Below, piece after piece: positions 19,554 through 27,759 of a stretch of 64,000 bases of DNA. Below the pieces are notes generated by a model. The model worked only from the letters and a program-made list of their open reading frames with translations, had not been told where the DNA came from and made no database searches. The first letter of the stretch is position 1, and each line of letters starts with the position of its first letter. A program made the position numbers and the translations under genes. Source of the DNA: Reinekea sp. (GTDB lineage: Bacteria > Pseudomonadota > Gammaproteobacteria > Pseudomonadales > Natronospirillaceae); assembly GCA_037389025.1 (NCBI GenBank), contig JARRJP010000013.1, positions 54,305-118,304 of the forward strand, in the 5' to 3' direction.

Positions 19554-19956
19554 TTACATTTTCAAGAGTTCTTGAATATAAGATCACTTGCATGTGCCTT
19601 GAGAAAACCTAGATTAAGAATAACGTTTTCAGATAGATTTAAATATTTCTTCAGTGACCAGCCCTTTCAAGGTGGTATATCAGCACGTTACCGGCAATAT
19701 AGGCAATTTTAGCTACATTTAAAGGGAATGGTCGAAATTGCAACAAAAAATTTCGGATTTAGCGAGTACTTTTCTTAAACTCGATTAGCTTTAGAGCCGC
19801 CAAAACACTGCTCTTTAAGGATTTCTCTAACTTTAGAGCTGGTTATTTTTTCACCTTGAAAGGGCTGCTAAAGTCATCGAATGTCTGCCCTTTTTATTTA
19901 TCAATCAGTGAAATAAAATCACCTTTTGGTGCATCAGGTAAAGGCCGAGTATATCG

Positions 19957-20178
19957 CTAAAAGTAACCAAATTGCTCTTCGATTTCAAAGGCCGTTTTCG
20001 CCTCCTCAAGTCTATCTCTTCCCGTTGAATCGGGATCATAAGCAAAATAGTTAATCCTCTCTTCTGGATCGGTATGCCTGAGTTCCTTAATCCCCTTGAT
20101 CTTAAGGACTTCTTCCGCAAACTCATCAGCAATTTCCCCAAGCTCACAAGGCGATCCTGTTGAGCTAGCCGTCATCAT
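19957..20178 (-). CDS. Hypothetical acidic 73-aa protein (last ORF of the island operon)
   Basis: GTGAGGT Shine-Dalgarno about 5 nt upstream of the ATGATG start. Starts 7 nt after the preceding stop. No family recognised. Confidence 0.5.
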   Translation of the reverse strand: MMTASSTGSPCELGEIADEFAEEVLKIKGIKELRHTDPEERINYFAYDPDSTGRDRLEEAKTAFEIEEQFGYF

Positions 20179-20185
20179 TGGGACC

Positions 20186-20335
20186 TCACTTTACCACGAC
20201 GTTGTTCGCACCAATATACTTGTATTCATCTACTGAAATAATACTGGCGGTCTCTTCTGCATTTAACTGGCCACATAGGAGAAGAACACTCGTCGAAAAT
20301 AACGCTGAAATATTTTTAACCATTCGTTTCTCCAT
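20186..20335 (-). CDS. Hypothetical 49-aa secreted peptide (signal-peptide-like N-terminus)
   Basis: ATG 20335 is 1 nt after the PdxJ-like stop. MEKRMVKNISALFSTSVLLLCGQLNA|EETASIISVDEYKYIGANNVVVK has an n-h-c signal layout with an A-x-A-like site. Confidence 0.4.
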   Translation of the reverse strand: MEKRMVKNISALFSTSVLLLCGQLNAEETASIISVDEYKYIGANNVVVK

Positions 20336-20336
20336 A

Positions 20337-21068
20337 TTAATCACTGCAAATTTCCAAGTACCTTGAAACCACTTGGTCAATGCCATATTCAATACACTCC
20401 ATGGTAAATGCATGACCTATAGAAACTTCAGATATGTCACCTAAATCCAGGAGCGCTCTCAGATTTTCTAGATTTAGATCGTGTCCAGCATTCACGCGAA
20501 CACCGTGCTTATTTGCCAACTGAACACATTGAAGATAACGCTCTTTTGCTTCTACAAAATTCGATTGATTGAACTTTGTGGCCCATTCCTCCGTATATAA
20601 TTCCACTGCACCTATATTGTTCTCAATTATGCTTCCCATTTGAGTGATATTTGCATCGAGGAACACTGCACAGCGAATATCTGAACTAGCAAACGCTTTA
20701 TTCAACATGGAGAGATACTCTCCTTCATTCTGTACATCATATCCATGGTCGGAGGTAAGCTGGTTATCATCATCGGGTACTAATGTACATTGGTGCGGCT
20801 TAACGTCCTTAACTAGTTCAATAAACCTTTCATTTGGATTACCTTCAATATTGAACTCTATTTCCGAGTGTTTTCTCAAAAGGTCTTTTATTTCATACAC
20901 ATCTTCATATCTAATGTGACGTTGATCGGGTCTGGGGTGAACCGTAAACCCCTTAACCCCCAAGCCAATCAACCTTTCTACAAAATAGCCTAAATTAGGG
21001 TAATCGTTACCCCGTGAGTTTCTCAGCAATGCAAGCTTATTCAGATTTACGCTAAATAGAGTGCTCAT
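20337..21068 (-). CDS. pdxJ: PdxJ-family (pyridoxine 5'-phosphate synthase-like) TIM-barrel enzyme, divergent paralogue
   Basis: VNLNKLALLRNSRG, FTVHPRPDQRHI, NIEGN, TLVPD, VNAGHDL and VSIGHAF align along the full length with E. coli PdxJ motifs recalled from memory. Confidence 0.8.
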   Translation of the reverse strand: MSTLFSVNLNKLALLRNSRGNDYPNLGYFVERLIGLGVKGFTVHPRPDQRHIRYEDVYEIKDLLRKHSEIEFNIEGNPNERFIELVKDVKPHQCTLVPDDDNQLTSDHGYDVQNEGEYLSMLNKAFASSDIRCAVFLDANITQMGSIIENNIGAVELYTEEWATKFNQSNFVEAKERYLQCVQLANKHGVRVNAGHDLNLENLRALLDLGDISEVSIGHAFTMECIEYGIDQVVSRYLEICSD

Positions 21069-21076
21069 AGAAATAC

Positions 21077-21865
21077 CTAAATTACGCAGGAAAGTGTTTT
21101 GTTAAATTCAATATTATAAAAATAGAGACCTCCATGCCCGAAAAGCATTACATAATACGAAGGTTCAAAATTGCATATTTTAAAGCGTTTATCTCCTGAC
21201 AAATCGGGATAAAGCTGGTGATTTGTTCCCTTTATAGTTGTATAGGGAACCCCTTGATATTCACCGTGAATATTCTGATGACAGTGACCAAAAAACACAT
21301 GTTTTACAATGTCACTAAAACAAGAAAGTAATTTATAAAATTTGTCGCTATTTTCCAGGCCAATATCATCATAACACTTAACATTGATTTGAAAAGGGTT
21401 GTGGTGCATAAAAAGATATACATCACGTTTGTCTTTGCTAGATTGTTCAAGAACTCTTTTCAACCAATTCATTCGAGAAGAACACAAACTTCCTGACGAC
21501 CGACCGGGGACTGTTGTATCAAGAAATATAAATATCTTGTTGCCATACGCTTTACTGAACTGTACATACCTTCCCTGATAAGTATCTAATTCAATATGAT
21601 TGCTAGCCTGGAGAAAGCTGTCGTGATTTCCTAACAAGGTGTGATATGGAATGGTCAATTCTTGGTTACATTCCGAAAAATATCTATAAGAGATCTCAGA
21701 ACCGTCATTAGATATATCACCCATGCAAAATATCGCCTGCGCATCTGTATGGTGTTCAGCTATATGAGAAACCGCCTTCCTGTAATTAATATCTGAATTA
21801 CAGGAATAGGTTTCAACACTCCTCCCAGTCAAATGGAGGTCCGACAGTAAAATATATTTCTCCAT
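21077..21865 (-). CDS. Calcineurin-like metallophosphoesterase (CpdA/GpdQ-like)
   Basis: Motifs SDLHL, GDISNDG, GNHD, MHH and GHCH in canonical order. Confidence 0.8.
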   Translation of the reverse strand: MEKYILLSDLHLTGRSVETYSCNSDINYRKAVSHIAEHHTDAQAIFCMGDISNDGSEISYRYFSECNQELTIPYHTLLGNHDSFLQASNHIELDTYQGRYVQFSKAYGNKIFIFLDTTVPGRSSGSLCSSRMNWLKRVLEQSSKDKRDVYLFMHHNPFQINVKCYDDIGLENSDKFYKLLSCFSDIVKHVFFGHCHQNIHGEYQGVPYTTIKGTNHQLYPDLSGDKRFKICNFEPSYYVMLFGHGGLYFYNIEFNKTLSCVI

Positions 21866-21879
21866 TTATAGGTTACTGC

Positions 21880-22539
21880 CTACAATCGATTGTCGACATC
21901 ACCAGAATAAACAGTACCTCTATACTGTATTACTATGGAATGGGTATCTACATCATGACGCCAGCCTTTAATATCGTATTTATTTTTTAGGTCTGAAACA
22001 GTGTCATCTATATTAAAAATGGTTTTGCCTGCAATTCTATTTCTGAATTCAGTTTCGCTTTCAATGGGTTTATCGGATATTTCAGATTCATACATTTCGT
22101 ACAGGATTCTAAAGAAACGTACTGTAAGTTTCTCTTTGAATGATTCGGATATACTCTTCTGCCATATTCCAGGCTGGGAATAGAAGACCTGCATTACTGA
22201 GCCGAGATATTTTGAAACGGTTAATGCTTTATAAACTTCAGACTTGTTATCCAACGCGTCACTTGGAGATAATACATAACCTAAATTAAGATATTCCGAT
22301 AAGCAAAGAACTGTCTTTTCAATAACTTCGTGCTGAGCCATTGAAGGAAACCTTGGCCCCAAATGATTTGCTATTTCAAATATGCTCCACTTTCCGTTAA
22401 TCAACTTCCAAGCAGAGTTTGAAAATTCATCTAATCGGCACAAATCCGTCAGCTTAATCAGAAAGATATCTCCGTTAACCACCCTCCTTCTAACCGCATG
22501 ATGTTTCACTAATACATCACCCAAGGCAACCATAGTCAT
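21880..22539 (-). CDS. PqqD-like (RiPP recognition element-type) N-terminal domain protein with an unknown C-terminal domain
   Basis: Residues ~20-90, RLDEFSNSAWKLINGKWSIFEIANHLGPRFPSMAQHEVIEKTVLCLSEYLNLGYV, parallel PqqD [33 protein letters not shown]...VVEFLQ. ATGA overlap with the upstream gene. Confidence 0.55.
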   Translation of the reverse strand: MTMVALGDVLVKHHAVRRRVVNGDIFLIKLTDLCRLDEFSNSAWKLINGKWSIFEIANHLGPRFPSMAQHEVIEKTVLCLSEYLNLGYVLSPSDALDNKSEVYKALTVSKYLGSVMQVFYSQPGIWQKSISESFKEKLTVRFFRILYEMYESEISDKPIESETEFRNRIAGKTIFNIDDTVSDLKNKYDIKGWRHDVDTHSIVIQYRGTVYSGDVDNRL

Positions 22540-23348
22540 ACCGCTTCTCTTCTCAAACAGTAAGCTTTTTCAACCATCTTTTCCGAAAGATGAAGTGCAG
22601 TATTCACATAGTCTCTTTTGTCATATTTGTTTATTGGTAGGTTATGCATGAAAGACCAGTAATCCAAATACACTTCCCTCGCGTCAATATCGCTTTCATA
22701 TATTGCTTCCAAAATTTTAAAACGATGCTTGTTTTTAGGGTTAGTCCACCCTTTGGAGTAAAGCAGCAAATCTATCGAAAATTCCAGGGTTTCCTGGGAT
22801 CGCCGAATCGCACCGGATATATTCCCGCTGTTCAGCATGCCTACAGTGTCATCGAAAGAATCATCTATATAAATACGCTTATTCTCAAAAAGATATCGAT
22901 TGATTTTTACGCGATCAAAACGATCAACAATATCTGCATAGGCATCAGTATTCCTAACAACACGGCAATTAAATATTCTATGTGCGAAATCAATTTCGTT
23001 TTCATCTAGCGCATCCAAAAAGCTATTTTCAGCGTTATCTACCTGTAAGCTATCTATTTTGGACGCGAGCCTATCTATGGACTCGTAGCTCCATATTTCC
23101 ACATCGACTCTTCTACTTTTAAAGTAATGGATTTGGATTTTAAACCTACAGCCATCAGTCACGAATTCTTTAATGGTATTGAGATCTTCGACCACCATAT
23201 ACACGTCAATATCAGAGCTATCATTTCCAATACCCTCCACCAACGAACCGGCTATCCATACTGGAGTACCTTCTGTAACTTGATTTCTAATAAGATCAAG
23301 TATTTCATCGTGGTGGACTCCTCCAATTGATTCATTCATATATTTCAC
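22536..23348 (-). CDS. Pol-beta superfamily nucleotidyltransferase with a helical C-terminal domain (paralogue of 30638-31678)
   Basis: GSLVEGIGNDSSDIDVYMVV (G-S...D-x-D) NTase motif. VDVEIWSYESIDRLASKIDSL is shared with the paralogue. Confidence 0.75.
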   Translation of the reverse strand: MKYMNESIGGVHHDEILDLIRNQVTEGTPVWIAGSLVEGIGNDSSDIDVYMVVEDLNTIKEFVTDGCRFKIQIHYFKSRRVDVEIWSYESIDRLASKIDSLQVDNAENSFLDALDENEIDFAHRIFNCRVVRNTDAYADIVDRFDRVKINRYLFENKRIYIDDSFDDTVGMLNSGNISGAIRRSQETLEFSIDLLLYSKGWTNPKNKHRFKILEAIYESDIDAREVYLDYWSFMHNLPINKYDKRDYVNTALHLSEKMVEKAYCLRREAV

Positions 23349-23351
23349 TCT

Positions 23352-23963
23352 CTACGCTATCAAGGGTTTTATCGCAGTTAGTACCTGATCTTTCGTTGAT
23401 GACAGATCGCCCGAATTATCGATAACCCGATACTTGATTTGAAATTTTCCGAACACATGGAGATAAGATTCACCAAACATCCTCATGAGTTCGATATCTT
23501 CATCGTCACCACAAGACTGCCTGTCTAGATACCGTTTTTCCAAGTTTGATATGCCAGCATCGATATATAAGGTCAGGTCAGGTTGAATAAATTTAGAAAG
23601 CAGGTCCTTTAAAGGTGTAACATCTTCAAAAATATCAATATAGGCGAGATAACAAGGCAGAAATCGGTCAAAGACAACATAATCGTAATTCTCCATGGCC
23701 TTAACATTCTGATCATAGCAACGAATAAAATCCAATAGTATCCCTAACCCTATGTTTTTCCCGAAGGCACTTTCTTTCCAGTCTCGCGAATCGCCGTACT
23801 TTCTTGGAAAGTATTTCTTTACTAAATTTAGGTTTCCATCTTCATATTTTGTACGTCTAAAGAAGAAGACGTTTTTCAGTATATTTGACTCTTCCAACAT
23901 GTTTACTATGGTGGATTTTCCACTTCCGTCTACACCACATATCGCAATCGATTTCATTCCCAA
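23352..23963 (-). CDS. dTMP-kinase-like P-loop kinase, paralogue 1
   Basis: Walker A ICGVDGSGKST. FPRKYGDSRDW and FDRF motifs are shared with 23967-24596 and 26474-27073. Confidence 0.7.
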   Translation of the reverse strand: MGMKSIAICGVDGSGKSTIVNMLEESNILKNVFFFRRTKYEDGNLNLVKKYFPRKYGDSRDWKESAFGKNIGLGILLDFIRCYDQNVKAMENYDYVVFDRFLPCYLAYIDIFEDVTPLKDLLSKFIQPDLTLYIDAGISNLEKRYLDRQSCGDDEDIELMRMFGESYLHVFGKFQIKYRVIDNSGDLSSTKDQVLTAIKPLIA

Positions 23964-23966
23964 AAC

Positions 23967-24596
23967 CTAAAGATAACTGGCAATTATTGATTTAACTTGA
24001 TTTAGCGTCTGCTCAAACGAACCATCATTACTCACGCTTTCCACGTCTAAATCAGAATTCTCGAAGAGATTGACATATGCCGCCAATAATTTCTTCTGGC
24101 ACTCTTTGGTTTCAAATTCATGAATGTCATCGGAACTGCTATCCATACGTTGCCGAATTAGCTCTTCTTTCAGAGTGATAAAAATCACCTTCTCTGGGGC
24201 CGGAACGGAATCTAAAATTTGTAGGGAAATATTGCTTGGCTGCTCATTAATTAGCGTAAAAGCCTTAAAACAAGGCGTATGCCTGTCTGTTACAACGAGC
24301 TTATATTGAGTCGAACTTCCTTCTAATACGGGTCTAATTACCTGATTGTAATAGTTTACATAATCTATCGCACAGCTAATTGCTATAGCCTGATTGAATT
24401 CCCCGCTATACCAATCTTCAATGCCATTTTTTCTAGGAAAGCATTTTTCCACTGTAGATTCTGCTATAGCAGGTCCTCGACCAACAAAATACACCTTCCC
24501 TTTCAACTCGGGTTCAGTTTCAAGTTTTTTAAAAATTGAGGTTTTTCCCACGCCGTCAATACCGCATAGGGAAATAACTGGAATTATTTTTTTCAT
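23967..24596 (-). CDS. dTMP-kinase-like P-loop kinase, paralogue 2
   Basis: Walker A LCGIDGVGKTS, then FPRKNGIEDW and TDRH. Confidence 0.7.
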   Translation of the reverse strand: MKKIIPVISLCGIDGVGKTSIFKKLETEPELKGKVYFVGRGPAIAESTVEKCFPRKNGIEDWYSGEFNQAIAISCAIDYVNYYNQVIRPVLEGSSTQYKLVVTDRHTPCFKAFTLINEQPSNISLQILDSVPAPEKVIFITLKEELIRQRMDSSSDDIHEFETKECQKKLLAAYVNLFENSDLDVESVSNDGSFEQTLNQVKSIIASYL

Positions 24597-25339
24597 TAAC
24601 TAGACACCATTAACTTAGCTGCTTCTTGATAATTAAATAGCCCATCAGACAATTCAACCACTGCGCCATTAAGAGCGTAGTTTGGTGACATTATCTGTTG
24701 GTAAATAGGCTCCACAACATTTTCCACTGCAAGCGGCCTTTCAATAACAAGTTGGCTACATAATTCATTTATGTATTCTTGTCCTTTATCAAATAGACCT
24801 ATACTGAAAACGCAAACACTTCTTCCAGAACCTGAAATCTCCATTGCTGCTGATCGAACAAAATTGCAGAGAGCGGTCGCGGTAGCGTTGTATAAACCGT
24901 TATATTTTACCGCCCCTTTTTCTCCCGCCAGACCAGTAATATTGATAAACTGCCAATTCTTCTTATGCTTTTTTAAATAACTAAAATAGCTGGCCATTGC
25001 TTCCACGGGAGCACGAAACCCCACCCGGGTGACGTTTTCTATTTCTTCTTGTGATATTTCATATACTGAAGAGTGGTTCCACATTCCACAACAGTAAAGC
25101 ACGGTGATATTTTCGTAATTATCTACTTCATCACGAATGACATCGCCTGCAACTACACTTTTGGCAGCTAAATCCATTGAGATTAATTTGATAACGAATT
25201 CTTCTTTGTTGAGACTATCTATATATTGGTTTTTATTTCTATAAACACCAATAATATTCACTTTTCCGCTCTCACCTAGTCTCTTAGAAATACTAAAACC
25301 GAGAAAAGAAGATATGCCATAGATAACAACCAGATTCAC
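24596..25339 (-). CDS. Short-chain dehydrogenase/reductase-like Rossmann protein
   Basis: VVIYGISSFLGFSISKRL glycine-rich dinucleotide motif. I prefer GTG 25339, just after the GT stop at 25341. The ORF-track ATG 25381 would overlap the GT gene by 41 nt. Confidence 0.55.
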   Translation of the reverse strand: MNLVVIYGISSFLGFSISKRLGESGKVNIIGVYRNKNQYIDSLNKEEFVIKLISMDLAAKSVVAGDVIRDEVDNYENITVLYCCGMWNHSSVYEISQEEIENVTRVGFRAPVEAMASYFSYLKKHKKNWQFINITGLAGEKGAVKYNGLYNATATALCNFVRSAAMEISGSGRSVCVFSIGLFDKGQEYINELCSQLVIERPLAVENVVEPIYQQIMSPNYALNGAVVELSDGLFNYQEAAKLMVSS

Positions 25340-25340
25340 T

Positions 25341-26471
25341 CTACATACACTCCAGTATTTTACGAATGGAATTCTCAGCATTTTCGAAACCGAGGTTCGG
25401 CTTTAGTTCTGTTTCTTCGGGATCAAGTTTACTTGCGCTTGTTATACACAAATCTAAGTCTTCGATAAACGAACAAAAATATGCATTTTCTGTTGACTCA
25501 GCAAATTCGGAGGCAATCAAGAATTGCTCGTCGTGTCCAGAGAGAGCCCATACGACCTTTCCTCCGGCTATATTTTTCACATCAGAAAGAAAACCAACAC
25601 CAGCACGAGATACAACCAATTTGGCCTCAGATAGGTATCTGTAGTACTCGAGAGATATTGAATCCACTACGAGCCGATCAATACCTGAAATCTTCTGTAA
25701 GGAGTTGTTTAACTCTTCCCCGAGGCATGAAAATACCTTTACGTGGCTACGTTTATCAAAACAGTTAAGTGCACTCTCTATAGCCTTGTGGGTATAGTCA
25801 TACGTTTCCGAAATCCATTGAGCGGCATCTACTTCCTCTGAACTATATGAAGCGGTATTTGAGGGGAACTCAACGCCGCCACCGTTCGCAATAACAACAA
25901 TATTGTCTTCGGTCTGAGCACCACAACTAGGTAGAGTATAAAAACCATGGCTCACAATCTTGCTAGAAATATTACTATTACTAATTAACGTTTTTTTCTC
26001 CGGCAGTTTATCCAAGGGTAGAAGGTAGTCACTCTCTCCTAGTAGACTCACCAGATAAGTAGAAGGCCCTTTATTTTTTGGCGTATCAATAAGTATTTCA
26101 GGGTTGAATAAGCCTACAGCTTTACAGCTGGTTCCCTTAGTAAGCGGCCCCATTAAATACTCACCACCAAAAAAACAAAGGTCTGCATTAATACTCTCTA
26201 TTAGCGGAAGTATATTTCGTACACCGTGATCGTAGGGGCATAAGCCCGGCCAATCCAAATACTCCTTACGCACATCCAGCTGATGCAGCTTGTATTCAAT
26301 ATCAATAGGGCCACGACCGGAAAGGAATTCATAACCGTTTGAATAGCTTGCGATATGCACTTCAAGCCCTTGATCATAAGCTGCTTTCGCCAGCGCTAAA
26401 CCCGGTATAACATGGCCCAACCCTGGCCGCCCCCTCAATACAAACAGAGCTACCTTCTTATTTAAATTCAT
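25341..26471 (-). CDS. GT-B fold glycosyltransferase (MurG/GT1/GT28-like)
   Basis: N-terminal GRPGLGHVIPGLALAKA and C-terminal VVSRAGVGFLSD...GHDEQFLIASEF resemble MurG/UGT-type donor-binding motifs. Confidence 0.65.
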   Translation of the reverse strand: MNLNKKVALFVLRGRPGLGHVIPGLALAKAAYDQGLEVHIASYSNGYEFLSGRGPIDIEYKLHQLDVRKEYLDWPGLCPYDHGVRNILPLIESINADLCFFGGEYLMGPLTKGTSCKAVGLFNPEILIDTPKNKGPSTYLVSLLGESDYLLPLDKLPEKKTLISNSNISSKIVSHGFYTLPSCGAQTEDNIVVIANGGGVEFPSNTASYSSEEVDAAQWISETYDYTHKAIESALNCFDKRSHVKVFSCLGEELNNSLQKISGIDRLVVDSISLEYYRYLSEAKLVVSRAGVGFLSDVKNIAGGKVVWALSGHDEQFLIASEFAESTENAYFCSFIEDLDLCITSASKLDPEETELKPNLGFENAENSIRKILECM

Positions 26472-26473
26472 GG

Positions 26474-27073
26474 TTATAGCGCTTCCAGAATATGTTCTAC
26501 AATTTCTGAGACGGAGTGCTCCAGCTCTTGAGTATTGTCTACCGTCACTACATCGGACATGTCAGAAAATAGACCATCATAGCTATCAGAAAGCTTTCGT
26601 ATTACATCTGGCGTTTCATCGTTACTCGGCCCTCCTCTAAGATGTTGCCTTTCTATAGCAACTTCGGGAGGTACTTTTATGTAAAAGGTTTTGTCCGGCG
26701 TCCTTACATTGTCAAACATCGAGAAATAGTCTTTATCTGTATTCACAGCTGACATGTACGACGTGTAACAATAACTATACCTATCACATATAACGATGGT
26801 ATTCTCCTTCATTAGAGGCTGAATGTATTTGTCATAGTGAGATATAAAATCCATACCCGTAGCAATAGAGACTAGCTGCGCAAATTTACCCCCACTCCAG
26901 TCCTGATCTCCACCCCAAAAATCGCAAATAAGGTTTACGTTGGTTTTAATATCCTTTTTCAGAGCAGTAGAATAATGCCCAATCTCCTGCAGGCGTTTGG
27001 ATACCAAATCTACCAAAGTAGATTTACCACAACCATCTACGCCACATAACACAAATAATTTTGATGAACTCAT
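26474..27073 (-). CDS. dTMP-kinase-like P-loop kinase, paralogue 3
   Basis: Walker A LCGVDGCGKST, then GGDQDW and CDRY. Confidence 0.7.
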   Translation of the reverse strand: MSSSKLFVLCGVDGCGKSTLVDLVSKRLQEIGHYSTALKKDIKTNVNLICDFWGGDQDWSGGKFAQLVSIATGMDFISHYDKYIQPLMKENTIVICDRYSYCYTSYMSAVNTDKDYFSMFDNVRTPDKTFYIKVPPEVAIERQHLRGGPSNDETPDVIRKLSDSYDGLFSDMSDVVTVDNTQELEHSVSEIVEHILEAL

Positions 27074-27085
27074 AGTTCTAATTCT

Positions 27086-27757
27086 CTATACAACGCGATA
27101 ACTTTCTAAAAGAGTCAATAGGTTATCGATATCTGACCGAGTAACTTCTCTGGTATTTTTTAAACTCTCAGGAGTTCTTTCCTTTGAGCCATAGCGCCAC
27201 CAGGTTTCTTTTGTTCCAAAATCGTAATGGATCGCTCTCTGTTTCTGAGCCGGTGAGCGCAACATTAAGGATATACACTTATCCTCTCCTACCGCTCTCA
27301 AGTTGTGGATAACAGAGTGGTCAATAAAGTAAGGGATATTCTTTACTTCATTTTTTATGTACACAGGTTTAATTTGGTCTGCGTCATGTAGAATCGAGCC
27401 GTCATCCATTGGGCTATACAAAGTATGTTTGTAGCCACCGTGCAGTATCAGACTTGTAAAGTTCATTCTGTGGCTGTGTGGAATATCACTGGAATGTGGA
27501 TACATCACATGCATACGCAGTCTCACGCCAGTTTCTTTGTCACTGAAGAGAACATATTTTTCGATATTATAGTCTTTCTCGCAGCGTCCAAATTTTTCTT
27601 CATCTTCATAGAGATCAGTTACCAATGATTTAAGTAGCTCCTTATCTTCACTCAAGTTCATCAGCGCATTTTTTGTGACGACTTCCACCGACTCGGTATC
27701 TTTCCAATCTAACGCCAAGACCGGCCCCAAGATGTCGTTTAGCTTTTCAATATTCAT
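27086..27757 (-). CDS. Hypothetical protein, possible cupin-fold metalloenzyme
   Basis: MHVMYPHSSDIPHSHRMNFTSLILHGGY...VIHNL is a His-rich beta-strand pattern reminiscent of cupin or cysteine-dioxygenase-like proteins. The assignment is weak. Confidence 0.35.
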   Translation of the reverse strand: MNIEKLNDILGPVLALDWKDTESVEVVTKNALMNLSEDKELLKSLVTDLYEDEEKFGRCEKDYNIEKYVLFSDKETGVRLRMHVMYPHSSDIPHSHRMNFTSLILHGGYKHTLYSPMDDGSILHDADQIKPVYIKNEVKNIPYFIDHSVIHNLRAVGEDKCISLMLRSPAQKQRAIHYDFGTKETWWRYGSKERTPESLKNTREVTRSDIDNLLTLLESYRVV

Positions 27758-27759
27758 AT

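Noticed and set aside
22536-23348. Pol-beta NTases (also 30638-31678) as MNT-type antitoxins of HEPN/MNT toxin-antitoxin pairs
   Set aside because: They are 270-346 aa with their own helical C-terminal domains, lack adjacent HEPN genes, and are embedded with translational coupling in a long biosynthetic-type operon.
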